This document shows, piece by piece, positions 36,186 through 47,828 of a stretch of DNA of 64,000 nucleotides. A model generated the notes under the pieces. It worked only from the letters and a program-made list of their open reading frames with translations. It made no database searches and was not told the origin of the DNA. Positions within the stretch are counted from its first letter, which is position 1, and every line of letters begins with the position of its first letter. The translations under genes and the position numbers were made by a program. Source of the DNA: Amphiscolops sp. MND2022 (Eukaryota); contig OZ076415.1 of assembly GCA_964187785.1 (NCBI GenBank), forward strand, positions 32,922,001 through 32,986,000. Reading direction: 5' to 3'.

Positions 36186-37430
36186 TAGCCTTTTGAAAAA
36201 AATAGCACCATATCGAAGAAATATATCCGTTAAAACACTAAGTGTTCTAATGAACGATTATGAAGTAACTGAAGTAATATCCAGAAGTGGAAAGATAAAA
36301 ACCGATATCTGTCTGCATTGTAAAACTGTCGACACAACTGCTCATTTCCTATTCTCGTGTGCCTTATACCAGAAAAACAGAAAAAACATCAAGAAACTCA
36401 AAAAACAAGAGGTCGACGAAAGTCTAGTTAGCCTACTGAATTCTTAAAATAGACAGCAAAATGTTGGTGCGTTAGTTAGCCGGTTTCATTAAAAGTATTG
36501 ACAAACCTTTCTTTGTATTAAATCATTTAAATAGGTCTTATTTGTAAACAAAGATTTGTTTTTACTGCCACATTTAAAGCTAATTGAAATATTCTCCTTC
36601 TTCTTCTGCGTCAGAAAAAAACGGAACCAAACTATTACATGAGACTCATTTAAACGAATGAGAAAACCAACAGAAAACATCGGAACAGTTTAAAGAGTTT
36701 CCGGTTGAAAAATCTAATGTAATTACCATCAATTTGCTGGATTGAATCGAAAGAGCCGAATGTAATTTTTGGAAAAAATCAACACAATACACATATCAGA
36801 ATGTAATCATGGTATCAAACCACTGAAGACCAAATCCGTTTATTTCGGAACCCGGCAGAAAACCGGATCCTTTCTGGTACGAGAGAAGACGAAATCCACT
36901 ATTGCAACGCCCCAATAGGATGGCAAAAAGTTAACCAAGCACTCAAGCACCTACATACGACCAAAAAACTTTTCTCGCAAAAAGTGCATCAAGTAGTTCT
37001 TTTAAGATCCGGACCAAGACTCAGGGAATTACTGTTTTATCTGTTCAAAAAATGCTCGGGAGAACACTTATGGCTATTGGAAGTCCCGAAAAATGTCCTT
37101 TTTTTGGAAATGAGAAAAAAACAATTTCCTTGATACTCTTACTGACAACATATCAAGCTTTGAGTGAAATCTGCGGAAAAAAATTGACAAAGCAACCTGT
37201 TTGGACAAATCAAAAGTTCTCAATATACCAAAACTTGTTCATCGAAATTGATGACTATTAGTGCGAAACTTTCAGAACCATTATTGGAAATCCACAAAGA
37301 GCAATTCTGTCACATCTGTTGTTCATTGCCTTTGTCTCAAAAACGTTCGTGCTGTATTGAAGCAGAGAACATCAAATGCGCAGTTACCTTCAATAACTTG
37401 ATCAGAGCAAATTCAGAGCCTACGAACTAG
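36172..37430. mobile_element. Mixed non-LTR retrotransposon fragments
   Basis: A zinc-knuckle-like fragment (+, 36172-36447), RT C-terminal-like text (PLKTKSVYFGT, near 36820) and an inverted zinc-knuckle-like fragment (about 37300-37430). Confidence 0.35.
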
Positions 37431-38687
37431 ACGACCTGACTAGAAAAGTTGTTTTGAATTTCGCAAAAATTTATTTCACAGATTCATTTGACACAAAAAT
37501 CCCCGGAAACAAAACCTTCTAGGGCATGTTTTTAATCCCTGGCTGTTTCTGGAACTTCTAATGCAATATATATCAAATGTTGTTTTCTAAGACTATGAAG
37601 CTAATAAAGGGAAAAATATGAAATATTAGGTTTCTAATTTCGCAGTATCTCCAATACAAACGTATGACAAAATGAATATGTTTAATCATCTTTTAGAGTT
37701 TGTTTACTAACAACTCGTATAGTCCTCTAGACTAATGTTGATGAACCGAACCTCGGTAAAGGTGAAAAGGGACGGATGAACTGTATAACCTAAAAAAACC
37801 GCAGGACCAACAAAAAATGCCTGGGACCGTCTTCATACACTTGATTCACACCTCCTTATTTTTACTCTAACACTTTTTCTGAAAGCGCACTCCTTTAGAC
37901 TTTAAACCGAAAATAGTTCACATTGTAAAGCTAATTTTTCGATGGTTTTTTTACCCATTTGCATGGGGAACTCGATGGAGTTGCGTTTTTAAAAAAAGTG
38001 TTTTTACCCGTTCATTTTCCAAGGAAACATTTTAGGAAAAATTGTTGTTTATGAAAAATAAAATAATTGTAGAGGTTATAAAAATGATTGGCGAGGTCTT
38101 TCTTTTAATCGTTAGTTTCTGTGATTTCGCGTAAACTTCAAAAATTCTATTTTCCCTGGAAAACAATGTTACATGACTTTCTAAAATTTGATTCGAATTC
38201 GAAGCAAGAAATATCCTGTTTATTCTGAGTAAAATCGGAGAAACTTTTGCTACTGAGCATTTTGGTAAAAAGATTTCTTGGAAAGATATTGTTCTACGAA
38301 TTTTTTGTAGCCAAATCCAGTGTCTTCAGTTTTTTGGTACCCTAGTGAATGCATCGTCCAATGTACACGGCTCAAAATACCTTGTGAACTGAGTTTCTAC
38401 TGCAAAAGTATTGTGTGATGGTGCTCTCATTAAAGTTATGCGATCAGTATAAAACGTTTCGTATGGCAATCTTTCCGTGTTGATTTTTCACTATCACTTC
38501 AATTTTGTGCACTAGTTTTGTACCCATTTTCTCTTGCTCTCCATACTGCATTAACTAAACTGGAAACTTTATCAGTGATTAGAGGATACTCCAGAAGAAG
38601 CAATTACTTCTGCAGAGCTGGAAAACCTCTGAAACTGCTCAGAAGCATCACAAGAGAAAAAGTTTTTGATTCAGTGAATAGTTTGTT

Positions 38688-39613
38688 TCAAGATTCGAAT
38701 TGAGATCCGCGCCTGTGAGGAACGTTGTCCGTGTGGTCCCTTAGATCACAAGCGGACCTTGAGTCCTTCTTTGCTAATTTTGTATTTGCGTTCTTCCATA
38801 CATTTCTAATTCCATCCTCATTTGTGGACGTGCACGGCTCAACGCCATGTTGGTTCAAAGGCAAGTTTTCGACCATTTTTGTATCTCTGGAATAGTTCTC
38901 TCGCTTATGGCAGAGCTAATGGCCCTGCTAATTTGGATGTGCATTAAGTCCATCATCGTCTCCATTTCACGTGACATTCTGGCATTCATTTCTCCAGATA
39001 ACATGTTGATCGACTCCATTAGTCTACTTTCTCTAACAGGTTCATTTCTACTATCAATGTCCCTAATTTCATTTTCTAAAGACGAGTTTTCTCTATTAGG
39101 GAAAGATTGAAAGTCCTGTTGCCTTTCGGGGACATTAATGAGACTATCCATTCTCTTTCTATAGAGTTGGAATTTCCTTCACCTAATATCACATCCATGT
39201 TGCCATAATGGGAAAACATATCAATCTCTCGATTTCCTGGCCTTGGCTTTGTTTCCCTGTGGAAGGCATTGAAAATATTCCTCCAGGATAAAATATTTAA
39301 ATTGTTCTTGTAGACAATTATTTCAACTTTGGGTCAATCAATTTCAATCGTAGTGTATCAAACAACTGTAAAATTATGATCGTCCTTTGTCAGGCCGACT
39401 TGGGTGTATATACCCTAGTGGACTTTACATGCAAAATTAATACGGTCATGACACTAAAAATAGATCAAATATAAAAATAGACATCAGCCATAATTCTAAA
39501 AATAGAATATGACGTCACCTCGACTAACGGGCGGCACAATCAAAGAGCGACGTGCCAAGCACAAGGGGGGAGGGAAGTGACGTGTAGCCGCGCAGGGCCT
39601 ATCATACAACACA
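38688..39613 (-). mobile_element. LTR retrotransposon 5' remnant: putative LTR (about 39613-39354, TG..CA) plus frameshifted gag-like start
   Basis: A TG-started/CA-ended GC-richer segment followed by broken ORFs 38855-39151 and 38688-38876, which read as one continuous helical protein after a frameshift. No pol seen, so the gag call is an inference. Confidence 0.4.
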
Positions 39614-41576
39614 AGTAAAATAGCACTGTTTTACATGTTCGTGGCTTCATGTAATTCAATTCATGTAAGACACACTTGGTCTATTGACCAAGTTGGGTTT
39701 TAATCTATATCACTATATCACCAAATTTGGTTTGATTGAATGGGATTAGTTACGACAGAATTCCCTGTTCGTCCCTTTACTAATTGCGTTTCATACAGAT
39801 TCAAAGCACAAAGGATCATTTGGTCAAATGATTACTTCAGTTCACTTTGATTATTAACAGACGTACCATAGCAACTATGAACATTTCATATATATCGCAA
39901 CACTACATGTACATTTGTACTTGACTTGCATGTCTGATTATTGAGTAAGGCATAATTCAGCAACTAAATGGTATTAAATAATACAGCATCAACTAATTTG
40001 CACATTAGGACCGGCGAGGCCATATTGCCCTGTGCATCCATTCCATTTGAACATTTGTACTGCACTATAAATTAAAGCAACGGTAAATGAATGAAGGGCC
40101 CTGATTGGCTAATATGCCACGGCCAGCTATGCTAGCTATACTGAATAGGCAGACATTTGAACTCGTGTCCTTTCTACCTGTCAGTGTAGCTTGCTGTCAA
40201 ATACTGAACATTTTACATCATTCACTATTTTTACATGCAAAACATTATAAATAACGTATGTAAAAGTTTCAAGATTATTACTAGCAGCTTGAAAGTTTCA
40301 CTGTAATGACAATGTGCCCGGTAGGGCGTTTTGTCGGCTTGCGTCGATTGTGTTGAGGTGGCCATCGCAGGCGGCAGCCTGCGACAGCGCCACACGGTGT
40401 CTTTCGTTCTGGGTTTCTGCCTGTAGAATCGATTAAGTGAGAAAAGCTTTAATCATTGTCTTAATTAAATGATCCCAATCAATTTCTCACAAGTTTTTCT
40501 ATTTCTCAAGTTTTTTAACGACAATATTAAGAGCAATTCTGCAAATTAAGGTGCAATAAATGTGTTCGGCATCTACAGGAATCGTAACCAAGAAGTTGAA
40601 GCTTATCTTTTTGTAGCCTAATTTATAAGAGGCTGGAACAAAAATTCAACTCGGAACTGTTTTTTGAATACAAACTTCGGTTGTTTTCAAATTCGGCTGA
40701 ATTCGAATGAATCATTTGAGATGGCAAAGCATTTTTGGTTTGAAAGTTTTGATGATCACGCTTTGAAACTTATGCTTTTTCCACCATTTATGTTATCCTG
40801 AAGTCTATCATCAGTAAGAATACAAAAAACTGGAGCACACAAAAAACTGTTGGATGAGGATTTGGTTCCAACAAAATCGAACCATCTTCATTCAGAAAAA
40901 TTTTGTCTCCATGAGCGAAATAGAAACACCAAAGCAATACGTTTTGTTGAATCTTCTATGTAATATTGATCCTCGTTTTTGAGTTTTGGACGAAAAGACC
41001 CTCGTGTAACTTTTTTCTCGAAATCAAGAAATACCTGACAGCGGCTCTTGAGAAAAACCTCTCCCACAAAATTTTGCTTCGTTTAGAAGTCAGCTTTTTG
41101 TGTGTGCCTCATAATGTTAAAATTGATTCGAGAATGAAACATGATGTTGCTTATTCGTCGCTGATGTATGTTACTCAAGTGACTGTTGTTGTATCCTTTT
41201 ATAAACATAAACGTACTATTTTATCATTCAATTGATAACCATTAGCCATTGTTTTAGAATGAAATTTTCGAAATGGTTTAGGTATCAAAGATCACACCAC
41301 ATATTGTGGTCAAAAATTACCTGAAAAACCTCTGAAGACCTGTAGGATCAAACATTATGACAAGAACTCTAGATGATTCTCGGGTTCTGAAATACAGGAC
41401 GATGTCTTCTGAATAGAAAATTTATCGGACGAAATAAATGGGTTCTGAAATGTTCATGATTTCAATTCAAGAGATAGAAAATCGAAATTAGGTAAGAAAT
41501 CATATTAAAGAAAGTTATTCTTTTGACTCCAATTTTACAAAAGTTATATGCAATCTAGCGGGGGTGAAATAATTGT

Positions 41577-43046
41577 TCAAAGCTCCGAAGATTCAACATT
41601 TTTGGGCTCGTCTTCGATAGCAGCGGAATCTCCACTGTTTTCGGAGCACAATCGGAACCATTTCTGCATCACGCAAGTGAACTTTTCCATCATCTGCGGT
41701 ATTCCAAGCATTCGCATCTTATCGGCGAACACTATGAAGATAATATACACTGGCAGCGCAGAAAGAGTCATGAGGATACCGATACCGGTTGAGATAGGGT
41801 CTTCGTACACTGAGAAGCAGAGCACCACGGTGCAAATAATGACAAAGGTCATCGGGAAAATAATATTGAACTTGATGGGTCTTTCTAAGTCGGGTCGTTT
41901 GAAACGGAGATAGATGAGAGCCGCAACTGAGAGATCAATTGTGAAATAAAAGACGAAACTGAAGTAGTTCAAGACCATTCCGATGTTACCAGGAAGAACC
42001 ATGAGACACGAGATCACCCCGGTCAAAATGACAGAAGGAATCGGGGTCAGAAAATTGATGTTAACCATTGCCAGAAGTTGAGGCAGTTGGTGGTACTTTG
42101 CACCCACAAAGGTCAAACGGGAAGCAGTGAGAACACTTCCATTTACGGCACTAAAGGTTGACATGGCGACTAGAATTGGCATAATCCAGGAAATGGGACC
42201 CAAAAACTTGTTGGCAAAAGAGATACCCACAGCACTGGAAGTGAGTAACTCGGCTGGTCTCATTGCAGCGAAGTAGGCAACATTGGCTAAGACGTAAATT
42301 ATTGTAACAACTGGTAGTGAAATGACAATAGCTAGAGGTAAGTTCCTGTTAGGGTTTTTGATCTCATCAGTCATGAAGTTGAGGTAGTTCCAACCGGCAT
42401 ATGCAAACATACCACTGTAAAATGCCATCGATAACTTGAATGGGTCAGTAATGGTTCCTTCAAAAGCACCATTGAAGTTTTGAGCAGCGTCGTCAAAAAT
42501 CATGTAGTATCCTCCTGTGACGATGATGAGAACCAGCGATAGAACTTTAGCGACCATGAAAATGTCGTTGATCAGGGTACTACATTTGACACTTACGCAG
42601 TTTATGAATGTGATTATCAGAATGGCTGCAATTGCAAGACAGTTGATTGACAGCTGGGATATTTCACAACCTTCCCCCAAAAAGGGTTGAATTATGTTTT
42701 GGGCAAAAGTTGCGGCCACGATAGCATGGGCCGCCGGTCTGATGACCAACATTGTAACCCACATCTGCATGAATGCAAGAACGGGCCCGAAAGCTTCGTG
42801 GATATAAGCGTACTCCCCTCCGGATGTTTTGATAGTAGTCCCTAACTCTGCATAACACAGGGCACCTAGGATAGAATAGAGGCCGCAGCAAGTCCACATG
42901 ATCAAAGAGACTCCCAAGGATCCACAGTTAGCTAAAACCCCGGTCGGTGAAATGAAGATTCCGGCTCCCACAATGTTTCCAATGATGATGCCACACCCAT
43001 TTACGAGTCCCAGTCGTTTTTCTAGTTTGATTTCTTTTTCTGCCAT
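41577..43046 (-). CDS. SLC7 L-type amino acid transporter light chain, paralog 2, 489 aa, single coding exon
   Basis: Colinear with paralog 1 with high identity: IGNIVGAGIFISP, GALCYAELGT, FAYAGWNYLNFMTDEI and conserved Cys (QPFLGEGC). A splice acceptor TTCGTTCTTTAG lies at 43087-43086, upstream of the ATG. Confidence 0.96.
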   Translation of the reverse strand: MAEKEIKLEKRLGLVNGCGIIIGNIVGAGIFISPTGVLANCGSLGVSLIMWTCCGLYSILGALCYAELGTTIKTSGGEYAYIHEAFGPVLAFMQMWVTMLVIRPAAHAIVAATFAQNIIQPFLGEGCEISQLSINCLAIAAILIITFINCVSVKCSTLINDIFMVAKVLSLVLIIVTGGYYMIFDDAAQNFNGAFEGTITDPFKLSMAFYSGMFAYAGWNYLNFMTDEIKNPNRNLPLAIVISLPVVTIIYVLANVAYFAAMRPAELLTSSAVGISFANKFLGPISWIMPILVAMSTFSAVNGSVLTASRLTFVGAKYHQLPQLLAMVNINFLTPIPSVILTGVISCLMVLPGNIGMVLNYFSFVFYFTIDLSVAALIYLRFKRPDLERPIKFNIIFPMTFVIICTVVLCFSVYEDPISTGIGILMTLSALPVYIIFIVFADKMRMLGIPQMMEKFTCVMQKWFRLCSENSGDSAAIEDEPKNVESSEL

Positions 43047-46000
43047 GTTACCGGAGCTTAAAGTCCTCTCCGATTGGAAGAAGATCTAAAGAACGAATCT
43101 AGCATGCCAAACAGCATCTTTATGAGCACAGAAAATTTTCAAGAATTGTCGTTTTATGGAACATGGAAATGATTCAATTTTAGAACTATACAACGAAAAC
43201 GAGAATAGATTTGAACCATTTTTAAGTGACTTCTTACAGAAAACGTTATATTTTTTAACTGAGAACTATATCAGGTGACTATTGTGACGTATTGACATTT
43301 TTTCTGCCAATGGTTGCGAACGGCCATAGTCTTCATTAAGTCCAAAAAGTTTAGTTTTTAAGACCTTACTGATGAAAAGTTTGGAAAATCGAGTCATTCT
43401 GCTACCGTGTAACTAGTAGCAATTATCTTCTAAAGTATTGAAAATGAAGCTCGACGAAACGTTTTGTAATCTGAAAAAATGCCTCGAAAAAAATCTTTGC
43501 ATCATATTTCGAAAGAAAAGCGAAGAGTCGGAAACAGGTTTCAAGATTCCAATTTTTTGAGCCGATTGCATATAATACCTCACATCGGCTAATTTCTCGT
43601 TTTTGAACCCTTATCTCTACTAGTACCTCCTTTATTCTTACGCTTGGGTCTATCAAGAAACGCTCGGTTAGACTCGCCATTCTTTTTATCAAATTTATGG
43701 AAATTTTTCCCTATCGTGTCTTTTTTGCACTCAAAAAATTCGATGAATACATTCGTTCAAGTGCAGCATACGTCGTTATTGTTCACAGGATCTAATAACG
43801 AGGATTTCTTTGAATTCAGGAAACATTGGCTATAATGAAGTTTGATAGCATAAAAACCGTTTCTAAGTCGGCGCATTTTGTAAAAAAAATTTTCGCAACT
43901 TTTTTAATCGACTACTCTTCTTCTCTAAGCACTCACTTTTAAAAATAGCGACTATAATTTAGCTCGATACGTATGAGTTTTCCAAAGAGGTGCAAAATTG
44001 TGAACAATTGTAGTGAATTGAATATGTTATCAGAAGAACCAAAAGTCAATAGAAACCAGGCATATTCATTAGCAACTTGTATGTTTCAAATATCAAATCC
44101 ATGTTACGTCAACCAGTTGACACCAAAAATTCGATGAACAGTCAGAAAGAGTCCGAATCGAAATGGCAGGCCTGGTAGCTCCCTGAAATCAAAAAAGATG
44201 CAACAAGAAGCAAAACCAGACCCCCGAATCCGTAAAAGCACAGAAAAGACAGACGCGGAACCCGAATAAGCTGAAGATTGACGGAAAAACCCAGTGTTGT
44301 GCCGTCTAACCCCGGAAAATGTCGAAAAGGACTCAGAAGAAAGAAGCGACCTTTCGAAGGTTTGACAAAAAGACCCAGAAACGTGAGAATGCTGGAAGGA
44401 CTGATTTCAAGTCGTTTTGTCGTTTTGAAGGTTACTTATTAGATTGGTGATGGTACTGGATCTGCAAAATCCCAATTTAGTCATTTTAGATACTATCCAC
44501 CTAACAGAATGAGCTCTTGTTAGATACCTGTTTTCGGACCTCGTGAGTATGTAGGAAGTCGCAGGAACGTTAGGAGTTGTTTTTACAGGCTTGTGGGACG
44601 TGGCCGAACTTTGAGAGTGCCGGCACGTCGCCTCGGAGCTCTAATTTGAGGTGTCTTTTTTGACGTATGGAAAGTCCCCCAGGAGACTATTTTGGGACAA
44701 AAACTGATGTCTAGGGCTGTATTAAGACAACAGCCTACTGTTGAAGCACTCTAGGTATTATCCCACTTCTATGATGTACGCTACTAGGTGGACGTTACAC
44801 CAGTCATCTATGTTTGGGCTTAGAAATCAACTCGTCAATATGTACAATTCAATGCAGAACTTAGTAGACGAGTGCAACTTGAATAATGACTCTAAGTGAC
44901 CTTTTATTAGATTTTTCCATGAAGTCAAAATATTTTTAAATGACAATGCAGCTCTGCATAATGTAACCTTCAAGAAGTAAACACTGAATGACAAGTTTGC
45001 CACGATAGTAGGATTAGCTTTTTCCCAATTGCATAGTTTTAAAATGGTGTAAGAACATGGGATTTGCGCTGTTTCGCCGGAAGCGGAAACCTAGTACGAG
45101 GGACCCCGTGGGGTTGTGCCTTCGTTCCTGCTGTCTTCCTTCGGTTTTTCACCATTCTAAGACTCCACCTTTCTTACTGTTTTCGCTATTTTGACCTCGC
45201 TATTTTGTTTTGTCGAAAGGGCTTATGTTGTCAGTTTGTCAAAATTTCCCAATAGCTCAAAAATGAAAATTGAACCCGAAAACACATGACATAAGCCGCC
45301 GAACGTGGTGTTTTTCCGACTTTTATCTTTGTCATCTATTTCGAAGAGAGAAACTTCGTAATATTTGTTTTGCATCTCATCTAACCGAACTTGTTTGGCG
45401 CTTTCAGGAATCAATCAATTTCTGAATCGACAAAGAAAGCAGTGTAAAGAGATTTATTTGGTCCACGGATGTCCAAAGCATACTGGAAACGTTAGAACCT
45501 CGTCCAAAACAAAACCGACGCACAGAACCTCGAAATTATACAACATCCCCACTTTGGCTATCTTAGTGTTTTTAACTTAGCTTTTTTCGGCACTGAGGTT
45601 TTTTTCGAAATGTTTTCAATGTCTCTGAAAAATCCCCCTTCATTTTTTTTATAAGTGGCAACAGTAAGGATGTTAAAAATCCCTAATGGTTCCCCTTTCA
45701 CATTCTTTGACACCATGAAACGGTTCAAATTAGATTTTCTGCCTGATATTAAGTTTTCTCAATAAAAACTCAGCTAAATTTTTTCAATAGCCTCCGAATT
45801 TTTGAGGTAGAGGTTCGAAAATATTGCGGTATATCTGAATTGTTGATGTTATATCCGAATTGACTTGTGTTTCACCAAGGAGGAAGCAGAGGTTCAAAAT
45901 GAAGCGCTCGCTGTCGGAACGACTGTTGCTATCCAGGCATGACACTCGTATTTGTCTGAGCACGCTTTATACGAACTTCTGAAGCGTTTTCCAAGCACTA

Positions 46001-47670
46001 AAGGCACCCTTTGGGTGTTTCGAAGCTTTTCTCGTGAATTTTTCACGAAAAACATCCTTGGCATATTTTAATGCGCTTGTTGGACCTCAGCTATAGCGCC
46101 GGCTTTGGCCATTCCCCGCTTGTTTAAGCTTTCAGTGAAGTTTGAAGGTTCACTGGCGGTTCAGCCGGAACCACTACATAACCCATGAAGATCTTTTTTG
46201 GAACAGAACATTCAGCAGAACGATTTAGCGACATTGAACTTCAAAAATATCAAAGTCTCTGCGGTTAGTGAAGTTTCCGGTGACAATTTTTTCCGGAGAT
46301 AGTGTCAGTTTCGAAAGCTTTGAAAGTTCGAAAAGCCTTTATTTTTTTACGTAACAGATTTGATGCACTTTTTTTTCTTTGAAAAACAAGTTTCCAAATG
46401 GCAGTGACTTGTCTGCTTGAAGATCTGTTTCAATTGTGATTTCAATGTGAACAGTTTTTACGGCTCACGCAAAATTAGGGCTTTCAATTTAACGGGAAAA
46501 TACTATGAGTATGAGTATGGTACCTAGTAATTTTTTGGTAACTATAGGCTCATCTTGAAGATCCCACCAACAAACTCTGGCTTAGTGTGTGAGATTTAGA
46601 AAGTATTTCAAAATTGAAGAAAATCCTGGTCGGTAATCAAATATCAGGTTGTCTAGCAACAGAGTTTAGATTAAATATAAGGCTTAGGTGACCTTTGAAA
46701 ACTTCTAAAAGTCATGTTTTTTCCAAAAAACGTATTTCAAGTATTGCTCAATGAACTAAATTGGTACTCAAATGGAAAAATACCCATACCTATTATGACT
46801 GATGAACTGGTTAACAATTTGCTTGTAAATGAAGCAATAGTTTTCGTTATTATCTTTATTTGGTACTACTATGTCTTGATCCTTCACATTAGCTGACTTG
46901 CCGATAAACACTGATAATTCCCATTTTATATCATTTACCCCTTTACCATACTGTCAGTGCTTATTTGTCCCGATCATCTTTCCGTGATCAGATATCTTAG
47001 TTTGCTCACGCCGCTCAAAATCATCGGGAAATGTTTGTCTTGCAAACCCCCAACAGGCCTTTGGGTCTGATGTGTCAACTGGAATGAACCCCTTATCTTG
47101 ACAATTTGAGGTCTTCCGCAAAGAAGATTGCTCTTTGAAGTTGACAAGAATCTTGCTTATGATTTCATTGGCGGCAGGATAGAATTCCTATGCTTAGTTT
47201 CATCGTGGGTAAAGTTTGCAACCTTTTCAGTTTCTGCTTCAAAATAGTTAAGACTCTAACTCGAAAATTCAAAAAGGAACATCAACAACAAGGATTTATA
47301 ACTTTTCACTATAGACACGAATGAAATTTGAACAATGCTTCGATTTTTTATTTATAGATATTTTCCGGATTTCTGAGCTTGTGCTTGTAAACCATCTTGC
47401 AGCTAAAAATTGTTGAAAAAAAAAACAAAAACCTTTGAGAAGTTGAAAAAAAATGCATAATTTAAACTCGAGCAGCAATAGAAAATGCTCAGGCAATTTT
47501 ATTTATAAAATGAAAAGTTTTCTCACTGAATAGCAAAAATGGGTGATTTGCGATGGCTGATATTTTGAACTATTCACAACCGATGCAGTTTTGCTGAAAG
47601 AAAAGTTTTACCTCAATTGAGAAAACGTTATAAAGCTTATAATTAAGGTTAATTATAAAAATAGGTTTAA

Positions 47671-47807
47671 TTACGTCATTGGTAATAAGCACGTGATCTA
47701 AGTTGAAAAGTGGAAGAAGCAACTACATGAAGTTTCACAAACTAAGGACAGACATATCAAGCTGACGTCACTTCAAGTCAGGTCAAAGTTCGAAAGGTCA
47801 CAGGTCA
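47671..47807. promoter_or_regulatory. Dense cluster of TF motifs: CRE-like, CCAAT, E-box, CRE, nuclear-receptor direct repeats
   Basis: TTACGTCA 47671-78, ATTGG 47678-82, CACGTG 47690-95, TGACGTCA 47763-70, AGGTCA-A-AGTTCG 47780-92 and a perfect DR1 AGGTCA-C-AGGTCA 47795-807. Confidence 0.45.
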
Positions 47808-47828
47808 ACTGTATGGCTTTTGCAATTT

